A model generated the notes under the pieces. The model ran no database searches. It saw only the letters and a program-made list of their open reading frames with translations, and had not been told where the DNA came from. Positions 25,366 through 36,896 of a DNA stretch of 64,000 bases are shown here, in pieces. The position numbers and the translations under genes are program-made. Source of the DNA: Laetmonice hystrix (taxonomy: Eukaryota); assembly GCA_965235115.1 (NCBI GenBank), contig OZ249436.1, forward strand, positions 41,046,001-41,110,000, read 5' to 3'. Numbering within the stretch: position 1 is the first letter of the stretch; every line of letters begins with the position of its first letter.

Positions 25366-27442
25366 CCTTGTTATACAGAATATGAGTACAGGGGCGGATC
25401 CAGCTTTTTCCGGGGGGGGGGGCAATATGTTATGACCTGATGTCATGACGTGAGTATGGCTCAAAGTATGGCAAGCCCCCCCCCCCCCCCCCCAAAAAAA
25501 AAAAAAAAAAAAACGCTATTCTATCTGAACATAGAAATTGTGAAGTTTCTCAAAGCAATTCGGCATAGCCTACTAATAACATGTGCAGGGGGGTTGGAGC
25601 TAGGTCCTCCCCAGAAAATAGTTGAATTTAGAAGGCAAAGAAACGCTATTTCCCAGCATCTGGAGCTAGAAATTGTGAAGTTTCTCAAAGCATTTAGGCC
25701 TAGCCAATCAAAAACATGGCGGGGGGGGGGCGCTGAGAAAAAATTGTCATTTAGAAGGCAAAAAAATGCTATTTCCCGTCCTCCTCGCTCCTCCTCCAAT
25801 CAAAATTTAATGATCGGCCCCTAAACTCGAAAAGCAGCGAGCCACGACTCGAGTGGGTTGAGTCTCGAGCATGCGCCATGTATCTATATTTTCAGTTTCG
25901 GACTGTTGCCCTGACAGAAGAACTCGGAGTAGCCTATATGAGGACGAATATTTTATCAGCTTTATGTATGGCAACATAAGTATACTGTTGTAATGGAATT
26001 TTTGCATTAGTAGGCCTATAGACCTTTTGCACCGATATCCTAGATTTTTCTGACCAAAAGAAAAGGGAAGTAGGCCTAGGGTGCTGAAGTGAAAAAAGAG
26101 TCTTCTTCTACTTTGAATACCAAACCAGGGTCGCATAGCTTATACCTAGGGGGAGGAGGGGCACCCGATCGAGGATTTTGGTAAGGGAGCGGTTTAAGGG
26201 CCCGGGATAATTTGCTCGGGGTGGGGGGGGGGGCAGCATGGTCAGAAAGTTCGAGAAAAAAAAGAGAGAAAAATTGGCTGCCTAGAGGGGGGGGGGGGTT
26301 ACCCCCGCCGCCCTTTGGATCAGACACTGAATAATTATATAGACTCTATATTCTAGATTATAATTATATAGACTCTAGATTCTATATGGACAGAATAGTC
26401 TTATATTCAGGTCCTTTGTCCTTTAGTGTGGGCTATATTGTGTTGATGGATCAGATCGACCAGTAACATATAGGCCTACATTATATGGCATGCAGAATCT
26501 AGTCTATAATTATGTGGCATTTAAGCATGTATAAAGGAATATATTCTCCATTACCTCTGCAGGGGCCATAATACTTTAAAGCTGCTGCATGATTTCTTCA
26601 AATGTTCAAGTACACCAGGGTGCGCCACCGACCAGGAGTTCAAACAATGATCCGCTGACTAGCATCGCAGATTTACAGCGACATCGAGTGGTACGAATAG
26701 AAACTAAGTATTTGGTTTTAAAATGTTCTTTTATTTATAAACAAAACGTAATGGATGTGTCAGACACGTTTCTGTCTGTTTCCGTAACCTACACATGAGG
26801 TTTAGATTAAGGCACGGGAGGGGTCCAAATGCCCCCCTTCTCTGAGCGCAATTTCAGGTGCGGAGCAGTTTCCCCCTATATATAGGCCTCCTCCTGTGTA
26901 AGATCCTAAATAGGCCAATACGCCAGTTTTCACTCACTGTATTTGGATGTTGCACTTATGTAGCACCGTCTTAAATATATGTGCGGGGTCCGTTAACTCT
27001 TGTAGCCTTTTGTATAGTTTTTATTATTGCAGACTTTTGTAGCCAAGCTGGATTAAACAGTCATTCTATTGAAATACCACGGTCGTTTAGCGTTTGCCAC
27101 TTTAGAAATGATATCGTAATAGACTAGTAAGGCACGTTCACGCTTACCCCTTTACTTTAATTAATCTGTAAAATACTCAATATTAATTATTCCCTATACT
27201 TACCTCTTGATAATTAATTCTGTGTCCATTACATTTGGCACCAACGCGGCTTTTGAATTGAAGTACCCCATTAAACCAACCAGGTACCGTAAAAGAAATC
27301 ACCCCCCCCCCCCACCACCACCACCAACACCACCACCAAAAAAAAAATATATATTTTTTGAAATTTACCCCCCCCCCCTTCCCCCGCCACACACACAATA
27401 AAAGCAAGCCACCCTAAATTTCTTCAGCTTGTGAACGGCTCG

Positions 27443-29664
27443 TTACAATGCGGGGTCTGTGTTGGGCTCATCTTCTTGTCGTTGGTATCTGGCGAAGGAG
27501 AAGAACCGACACGAGTTCTGACGCCCGCCGTACGTGTATATAACATAGATAGAGATAGGAAGGAGCACGATGAGCGCCGGGACGACAAACACGACGAATC
27601 TGGCTACGTGTGGAGGTTGTTCAGGTGGCGGTAGGACGACGGCGAACGTCAGGCCCCAGGACGCCAGCTGGTCGCGGCTGTACTCTGTGGCGCTGGAGAT
27701 ATTCACATGGTTCGTACCTCCCATGTCGGTTAGGTTCGCCAGTCTTTCTCCGTCTTGACGGTGGACGAAAACTGTCACGATCCCGTTCACTGGTATCAAA
27801 AAATCAACAATAACAAGACAGGATGATTATTGATGGCTTGGCGACCTGGTAAAATCTGGTCAATATACCTGGGGTAGGCTATACATGTAGATCTATGCTT
27901 TATGCATGATAAACTGCATAAACTGATAAACTGAGCTCTGCTAAATCTGATATCTTTTCTCGCTTATATAGGCCTATGTTTAGCTGGACCTTGCAATACT
28001 GATCTGATATCATGAAACCCAACCATGCCATTGAACCTCCGAGTTATAGGATTACAAAATAAAATATGGACTTTGCTTCCTCAACTTCGGAATATTCTTG
28101 GTACCTTTCCATCGAACCTTTCCATTTGGGTTCAAACAGTCTTAGGCCTGCCCCTGAGAATCATAATACTAAAACAGCTTAAACCGGCTGTAGTAACAAC
28201 GCCACCATCAGCGTTTGGGGTATTACTGCAGTGAACGGACTTTCCGAGTTTGTTCCGGTAATCAGGGCCCCATCGTTTCTACCGTTTAAAGACCAATCAC
28301 AAGACATCAGCTCTCAATCGTTTGTTCCAGTAATCAGGGCCCCATCGTTTCTACCGTTTAAAGACCAATCACAAGACATCAGCTCTCCATCGTTTGTTCC
28401 AGTAATCAGGGCCCCATCGTTTCTACCGTTTAAAGACCAATCACAAGACATCAGCTCTCAATCGTTTGTTCCAGTAATCAGGGCCCCATCGTTTCTACCG
28501 TTTAAAGACCAATCACAAGACATCAGCTCTCAATCGTTTGTTCCGTAATCAGGGCCCCATCGTTTCTACCGTTTAAAGACCAATCACAAGACATCAGCTC
28601 TCAATCGTTTGTTCCGGTAATCAGGGCCCCATCGTTTCTACCGTTTAAAGACCAATCACAAGACATCAGCTCTAAATCGTTTGTTCCGGTAATCAGGGCC
28701 TCATCGTTTCTACCGTTTAAAGACCAATCACAAGACATCAGCTCTCAATCGTCCGAATATTACAGATTTGTACTACTGTATACCCCTGTGTAAGTGCTAT
28801 TTCCCTATATCACGCGAGAGACATGACTTTTCTTCAAAACTTTTTAATGAATTTGTATTTGGTTTAACACAAACTTTAACCACTACACAATTTCAAAAAT
28901 CGGCCCTATGAAAAGACACAGATCTTTTCAAAGCCGAAGTTTTGTCGGCGACAGTTGGGGCGGATTCCCGGACTGGAGGTCATGACACCCCCCCCCCCCC
29001 AGTACATTTCCGGGTTTACTGTATACACTACAAGTACAGTATATCGCCGTTGGGATACGGTTATACTGTACTCTTAATTATAAGTCATGGAAAGATTGAT
29101 GGCCTTTTCACCCAAATTTTCACACGGCGAATGATTCAATTCTTCTATTAAAAAAATTGAACTAAGACTTACAAAACTAAACATAATTATAAATTTATAA
29201 ATGATAAAATTACCGAAGTGCTCCATTCTAAATGATCCCGAATCGTCTATATGATTATAGACGATGACAGCGGAAGCATTTGCCGCCATGGCGTTGACGA
29301 CCTTCTGCTGAAACTTGCATTCTCCTCGCTGTATGAGCGATATCCACTTGGTGCCGGGCCGGGGGGCGTTCATGATCGGACTGCACCCGTGCTTTTCCTT
29401 CTCAAAGGTTCGGGCATGCACCAATGTCCCCGACTCGGGGGCCGGTTTATTGCGCACATCGTACCACCCGGCTATAACAGTTGGAGGTTCGGGCAACCCG
29501 AGAACGGGGTTGACATAGTGGTACCATATAACAGCCGTCGAGTCGGCATAACGAAGGCCTTCCGTCGACGTCAGTGGGCTGCAGACGACCAGTTCCCGCG
29601 CAAACATCAAGAGGGAAAGGTTGCGCAGGATACCGAGCCACATGGAGCGAACCCAGAGAATCAT
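27443..29664 (-). CDS. Goliath/RNF130-149-150-like PA-domain type I membrane protein lacking a RING domain, 265 aa
   Basis: Exons 29664-29214 and 27789-27443 (phase 1; 798 nt). Hydrophobic N-terminus; PA motif HGC..WISLIQRGECKFQQKVVNA...NASAVIVYN; TM FVVFVVPALIVLLPISIYVIYTY; short tail then TAA. Confidence 0.85.
28248..28752. repeat. 72-bp minisatellite, 7 copies, intronic
   Basis: Unit tttgttccggtaatcagggccccatcgtttctaccgtttaaagaccaatcacaagacatcagctctcaatcg. Confidence 0.96.
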
Positions 29665-31453
29665 CTCGCCGAGTTTGTTATGGAGGAGACTTGCTGCGTT
29701 GTGGAGTGTCTGACTGGTAGGCTATACGGTCCTATTGCTGCTGCTGCGGCTGCTGCTGCCGCGGCCTCGACCGACGCTGCCTGCGGTCGCTGGACCGACA
29801 GCGACCGGCACGTAACACGATACACGACCCCTAGCCGACTCCACTGTCACAAGATATCTCGTCTGTCGTCTGCAAGGAAGGACCAGTCTGGCCCTACAGA
29901 GTGGAAAACTGGCCACGTCGTTTCATGAACCAACAATCGAACCCAGAACTTGTACACTTCGAACATAAAAAAAACTATTTTAAAGTAAAACCGAACTTTG
30001 CTAATAAAATTCCATTGACGTGCTATGCGGATGCCTGCACCAAATTGCATAAATTCGATGCCGTTATATAAAAACGGTAGTAGATGAAGTAAATGCACAT
30101 AATGTACTGTGTGTCCCATTTCTGTTTTATTACGGGTCAATGGTATGTTACAAGTTGTGGGTAGAATTACTGTTAAGGCAATATCTGGAAGGAAATCGCA
30201 GTGCAATGTTTTGTTTCAGCAGTTCTAGGTCCTTCGACATGCCCGTCACCAGGACTTCAAAAAGGGAGTTTTGGGGGAAAAGTGGATCTTTTTGAAGGAG
30301 TGGACTATTATTTTTATAAAAAGTGGACTTTTGGGTGAAAGTAGACTTAAGCCATTGAAGGCGGTGTTGCTCTCTATCGGAAACTGACAAGAAAATATAA
30401 TTGTTGTAGATATATTTGCATGAAAAAGTGGACCTCTGCCCGTTAGGGGACCCCCCCCCCCCCCCCCCCCCCCCGGTTACGGGCCTGTTTTAGATCACAA
30501 TAATGACACAGCACCAGAGCATGCAGCTCTCCGAGACTCGAAACGATAGTCGCGCTACTGATTCAGTAGTCAAGAGCTACTGGAAGATTGTCCCGAAAGG
30601 AAGCTGAAAAAAGGGATAATCTAGGTCACGATAATTGCTTTCTGTAAACTTTACAGCGCGATTTTCACTGGTGTCAGGTTACGGTACACGTCGACACAGA
30701 AAGGGAAACTGCACAAATAACGTAGGCCTATATACTAGGCCTACGTTTAGGCAAAGGGGGGGAGGGGGGAGGGGGGGTCTCCCTCATTTATAGGCGGGAA
30801 AAGTTGAGGGGGGAGCCGTCTAAAATACTCAACCGATTCCAATTAATTAATATTGCCCTATGTGGGCTTGTCCTCATTTTTAATAACAAGTGAAATGGTA
30901 CATAATCACAGGTCACGAGATGTAATTCACCTCGTAGACGAAGGTATGTGTCGATTTGTACAAAACCTTTACTACAAACCTGATTCCACCAATATAAGAC
31001 ACTGACTCGATCTTACAAGATGTACGTGCCAAGAAAGTTTTACACCCACTGATATTAAATCTATATCAGAGGCATGTAAAAACAGTTTCTGTATTTTCAA
31101 AACTAACATAACTAACAAACAAACTAAATAGTAACTAAAATCATTTGAGGTCCAGTTTCATTGGTACAAATCACTTGCTGGGAGGATACTAGGCTTACGA
31201 CAACTAGTCTCACAGATTTAGAGTTTCAAACTGCTCTTTGGCACCACACTGTCCATGAAGGTTTTACTCCCAATGTTCCTACCCCCTATATCCATTTATA
31301 ATAATTACGGAATGTTTTATAAAGACCTACGATCACCTGTAAGACTGTAATTATTTTGGTTTAAGTAACTGATCAATATACTGCCATCCCTTCCAATAGG
31401 GTTTAAAAACTAAATGATTACAGAGGAAAACATGGGCCTACAGCCCTCGCCCT

Positions 31454-33245
31454 TCACGCCCGCGATTTAATGCATTCCTCAATTAAACTGCGCCACTTAG
31501 CCCTGTCACTCCAACTGTCCAGTCGGTCGGTGATGCGCAGACCGTCCACTTTAACGTGTCTATTGTGACACTGGGTAAAAAGTACATGCCTCCACGATGG
31601 CGTTTTCACAGAGCCTGAAACGCAATTTCCAACAAATTACTTGGCAATCAACATGTTCAGAATGAGAAGTTCAATTTGTATACTCCATTTCACATGGACA
31701 ACTAAACCATGTAAATTTGTAATGCCAACAATTAATGTCGATTCAGCAACATAGTTTTTTTTAGTATATGCAAAAATAAGCAGCAATAAAAACAGCCAAC
31801 AAAAGTGTTACATTGATAACGGGTAACTGGAAATTTTTGAGCATGAATACGGAATTAACATTATGTTAAATATATAAATGATCCTTGTTTTATTAAATTT
31901 GTACAAAAATGTGTTAATTACCAGTAATTCTGTGTCTGTCATCGATGAGGAGGTCACCATGTACGAGGGTTTTGTCATGTGTCATGATAATTTTTCTAGA
32001 CCAAGACTGCCCAAAGTGTTCAGTGATCCAATCTAACTGTAATATCAAAGATCTCATTCATGTATGACTGCGTTCCTCGTTACATATGACTTTTAAAAGT
32101 GAATATATTACCAATGTACTGCATAGAGTATATATGTTACTTCATTCCTTTTCTCATTTATACGATAGTGATGAGCCAATGCAATGAAATTACACAATTA
32201 TTAAAGCTAGGCTTGTTTTTCTTACCTTATCTGTAGCTGAAAAATTAGAAGTAGTTTGATGACTTGTACACAGAAACACCTCCACTCTGAAAATTAAATC
32301 AAGCAAATTACTTGTAAACCTCCTATTGTGGATGATAAGCAACATAGCACACACACAGTGGTCATGTGTCATTTAGTCATATAAAATACTTATACTTTTC
32401 ATACATTTATTGTAGCCAAGGTACCCTACAGATCTATAGTTTTTCTTAATTTCCCAGGACCTACCTGTCCATGGAAGACATTTCCTTGACAGCCTCCACA
32501 GCATCAACCACAGGAGGAATGTGTCTAAAGAAACCTGGAGAGTTCACTATTCCCAGGACCTTTTTCTTGGAAAATAAAATAAAACTTGCAAATATCACCA
32601 TCACCAATAGAAATTAGTATTCTCAAAATGGGCCTTTTTAACACTATTTAAATTTATACAACTATAGGCTTAATACAATGGAGACAACTTTCAAGTTCTA
32701 ATGATTTAGCTTAATATACTGCATTATCAGAGGTTGATGCCATCATAACATGAAAAGTTTTTGTTGGATGTTTTTTTCTTACATGGGGGGGGGGGGGGGA
32801 TTGTGCCTCTGCCCCATTCCCCAATGATTTCCATCAAATTCTGGGCTCTGCCAATTTTTCTGCCATACGGTACATAAACTAGGTTTTTGGGCGTTTTATT
32901 GTTTTAAAAAAGTAATGTCTATGAAATTTAGCTGTAAAACTACAAAAACAGATTTACCTACCTTCATGTACTCTCCGAATGTTGAGACATACTGATCACT
33001 GGCATAGAACGTTGTACGATCATTTAGTGGTAAATATGGCTCGTCTGGGAACTTTTCACGAAACAAGTTCAAAAGGTGTAACTCAAAATCAGCGACCACC
33101 CCGTCCATGTCAACTAATATACGTACAGGCTCACACGCCCATTTTCTTCCACCAGCACCGACTTTTCTGTGTGCCATAATTACTGATGTAGGCCTACGTA
33201 ACTCCCCAAGGCAGGCACATAAATTTTCCGATTTCAACTCAGCCG
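31454..33245 (-). CDS. NT5M: 5'(3')-deoxyribonucleotidase, NT5C/NT5M family (HAD)
   Basis: Exons 33245 (or ATG 33177)-32962, 32565-32465, 32286-32226, 32036-31922, 31614-31454; motifs ILVDMDGVVADFE, VFLCTS, DKTLVHGDLLIDDR, PSWRHVLFTQCHN; 217 aa from ATG 33177. NT5C versus NT5M cannot be distinguished. Confidence 0.93.
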
Positions 33246-33355
33246 CTGAAATGTCAAGAAAGATGATCCAGGCCAGGGCAAGACAGTTCACAAAACCAAA
33301 ATGCACACGTTCGTGAAACAAAATGATCAGGGATATTCTGACATTAGCATGCTGA

Positions 33356-33483
33356 ATATGGATTAACCTCGATATCGACTACCGTACATCTGAATAGGCC
33401 TATAAGTTATGGATTAACCTCGATATCGACTACCGTACATCTGAATAGGCCTACGGTATATGGATTAACCTCGATATCGACTA
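33356..33483. repeat. Short tandem repeat of about 51 bp, 2.5 copies
   Basis: tatggattaacctcgatatcgactaccgtacatctgaataggccta repeated. Confidence 0.85.
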
Positions 33484-34812
33484 GGCCTAGATCTACACCT
33501 TTTATCTGCTGGGGGAGGATCTTGCCCTTTCCCTTGGGGGTGAGTGGGACGCGAGAGCTTCTGCCCCTGCGACAGACTGGGGCGCCCGTTTCTCAAATCT
33601 GGCGTATGCCTGCAGAGGGCGTGATGATCAAGGCTGCCCCTGCGAGAACCGAGAACACGTTAGCCCCTCGGGCGATAATAAGAGAAATTTAAATCTCACC
33701 CGTGACCGGCGTAACTCCCTAACATATAATGACAGTCTTGTTATCACCACAGAATCAGACTCCAGTCTACGGCTATGATCTCAAACTGTCAGTCTATGAT
33801 AACACGTTATTATGTCCTTATAACTTTAGTTTGACCCGTCGGGAACCGGCCCGGCGATGGTCCGAGTCTGGCTAAATACCAAGCAAACTAAAACTTACCG
33901 AAACCATACCACATGGTGTCGAGCCAACAGATCTGCATGCATGGCTCATGATGGGGATGTGAAGACGATCTGGCTGACATAAATACCGAAATTATTTTAA
34001 CCATGCCGCGTGAAAAGCAAGCCTGTCGGTAGGCCTACATGTAACATTAGCCATGGGGGCCTAGGCTTAGGCCTAGGCTAGGAGCCTATTGCCAAAATAT
34101 ATTTGCTCTTTCATGGCAGATAAACGACTATTATAGGCCTACATAGGATATATTATTTCTTTTTACGGAAATCCTGATAGAAAAGAACCTGTGGTAAACA
34201 AATTGTTGTTTGTGAAGGTTTCTTTTTTTTTTAACATCAAATTTTGCCCTTTTTTGACCCGCCTGATTTGCAGAATACCTCAGTGGCGGATCCATGGGGT
34301 GCAGGAGGTGCGAACCCCTCGCCCCAAGTGCCCTTTTCTCTCCCCCAATTAAGTACCCTTTTTTATTTTTACGAAAGATTTTAAAAATTTTAATGACTAA
34401 TTGTTTAGGCCTGCCTATTAGGCCTATAGGCCTAAAGGCTGGTCTATTATTTGGCACTGTAATTTTAATTCTTTTATGGGGGAGGGCCCCCAGACAATTA
34501 GATCCAGATAGGCCACTGCCCCCATGATCTAGGCCTATAGGCTATCTGGGAATGTGACTTCAGTGAATGTGTGACCCACATTTCAAATCTCTTGAAATTT
34601 GGAACCTAGGGCCAGGCCCATGTAGGCCTATTAAGTAAATAGGCCTAGTCGTAAAATAGTGATAAGAGCCGACAGTCCTATACTTTGGGGACCTCACAAG
34701 TAGATCTATCTTGGATGGTGCACGCATCCCCCCCCCCCACCCCCCCCCCCCCCCCCCCCACACACACCTCCGCCTCTGAATCATTGAATACCTCAGGGAC
34801 AGGCAGCAGTAT

Positions 34813-36394
34813 GTGAAAAATGTTGGTATAAACTCTGATTGTAAATCTATTAACTATGGTATACCTCAGGGAAGCGTTTTAGGCCCACTCATCTATTTAT
34901 TGTATGTAAATGATGTTATGGACTGTGATATTACATCGGATCTGAATATGTTTGCCGATGACACGGCGATGGTGGCCCATGGAAAAGTGTTGGCTGAGGT
35001 GATCTCCAATATCAATCAAGACATGACCAAATTGACTGGATGGTTTTTTCGTCGTGTCGTTCGGTGGGTGACAGATCTAACATGGCATTAGCTCTGCACC
35101 ACAACCCAACTCCACGCGACTTATAAGAGAGCTTTTCTAATGGGGGGAAAGCTAGCATATTGATAAAATAACACAAGATTGGGGGTTTGATTAAAAATGT
35201 GGTTGTTGGTAGTTTATTCTAGGATGTCTGTCTTGGTGGCTGAACAGTGGTGGCGATTGCCAAGACAAGTAAAGTGGGGTATGCCGACATGGTTCGAACA
35301 TACCAGTGGGTAGTATACCCAAATACAGTAAAATAAGATTTAGAGTAGTCCAGCCATAATACTTAGAGTAAAGGCAAAACACCTACCAGGAGCTACGGTG
35401 GTTGATGGTCATGGCCAGGCTGCGTGGGTGGCTGGTTCAGAACTCTCTCTCTCTGTATCTCTGCCTATGTCTCTATCTATGTGTCTCTCCGTATGTCTGT
35501 CTCTGTATCTCCTTCTCTATTTCTGTCTAGCTAACTAAGGGGGTATATATACTCTAGGGTAGTAAATGGGGCGGAGCTTACTAATTAGCCCTGACCAGCC
35601 ACCGGAACGAACCTTGCCCTCACCACATCAACCTACAGATATTGGGTAACTCTTTTTATATTTAACTTACACCTAAAATATGGTGTTCTAATTGTTCATA
35701 CTGCTATTTCCTTTATAATGATACCAAACACGATGGTTAAGAAATGATAATAAAGATAATAAATCAATTGACCGTCATAACATCTTCTGGTATTAGGAAA
35801 TATTGTCCTGACGGAATATATACCAGTAAGGTTGTCACTGACTGATGTTCAGAGACACTTCTAAAGTCTTTTTATACTAAAATATGAAGATATGGACTTA
35901 TAACATACTGTTGTTCATAATGATGGTTGCTAAGCCCAAAGAGGTCTTTGAGATGGTGAGAGATAACGTGGCTGTGCTTGACAATAGGGACATTAGAACT
36001 CGGGCACATGATGCTACTCTACTTTATGTCCCTCTGCCAAAATCTGAATTATTTAAAAAATCAAACAACTACTATCAACCTGTGTTATGGAATAACCTAC
36101 CTCGACATATCAGATGTATAAATGAGCTCAACAAATTCTAAAGCAGCAATTAAAAGACACTATATCATAAGCATGTTCCTATCGGATAATAACCTTGAAC
36201 ACGAATGCTGGTAATCACCAGATGTGATACTGTCTCTGTGAGACTGCTCATGTAGGTAGTCTTGTATATATTTTTGTAGACCTGTATATTATATTCTTGT
36301 AGTTATGTATCCATGCAGGACCTCGCATTTGTAACGGCACCTAGCCGAGTGGGTAATCCTGGGTAAAGATGGTCAATAAAAAAAAAAAAAAAAA
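34813..36394 (+). mobile_element. Degenerate 5'-truncated non-LTR retrotransposon (CR1/L2-group LINE) in two pieces
   Basis: 34813-35050 encodes RT motifs GIPQGSVLGPLIYLLYVND and FADDT; about 35880-36170 encodes the C-terminal TR..H..LWNNLP motif; ends in aataaa plus poly(A) at 36375-36394; unrelated sequence lies between the pieces. Confidence 0.85.
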
Positions 36395-36896
36395 TTAATG
36401 GATATTGCATGAAAAACTAGCATCTATTAGGCTAGGCCTATAATGTCAAACTAACGTAGGCTACATGATACGTTACAGGACTTTCTTTAATTTCTGTTTT
36501 CTACACTTTAAATACTGTGCAAACAGCTCTGGAAATTGGGGGAAAAACAAATTAGGCCAATGTAGGCCTACCTATAGGCCTATTTCATAGGCCTGATTTG
36601 AAGAAATTAAATTTTGAGATAAATGTTAGGCCTACCCTTTTGGCCTCAATCTATTTGACCAACATTTTTGGGGGTATATGTGATAGACCTCTAGGCTATA
36701 TAGCCTAAATGAGTTTAATGGCTGAGGAGGCATATTCGATTTCGGTATCAGACAACCTCGACGTCCGGCTGCCGGTTCCATGTTGATTTCGGTCGTTTTC
36801 GGATAATGTCGGTCGATTTTGATGTTTTAGTGGCACCATGCTCAAGCATGCGCAGCCAGGGTTAAAAAGCACGTGATAGTTTGTGTACATTCGGAA

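Noticed and set aside
28231..28548. ORF with a 24-aa repeat
   Set aside because: Translation of the 72-bp minisatellite; the frame is broken by a 1-nt deletion and it lies antisense within an intron.
29251..29928. 225-aa plus-strand ORF
   Set aside because: Antisense shadow of the PA-domain exon and its GC-rich 5' region; no recognisable domain.
33955..33980. ggatgtgaagacgatctggctgacat resembles the 5' end of vertebrate 7SK RNA
   Set aside because: Similarity stops after about 26 nt, with no second downstream GAUC to form the 5' stem; treated as chance unless cmscan says otherwise.
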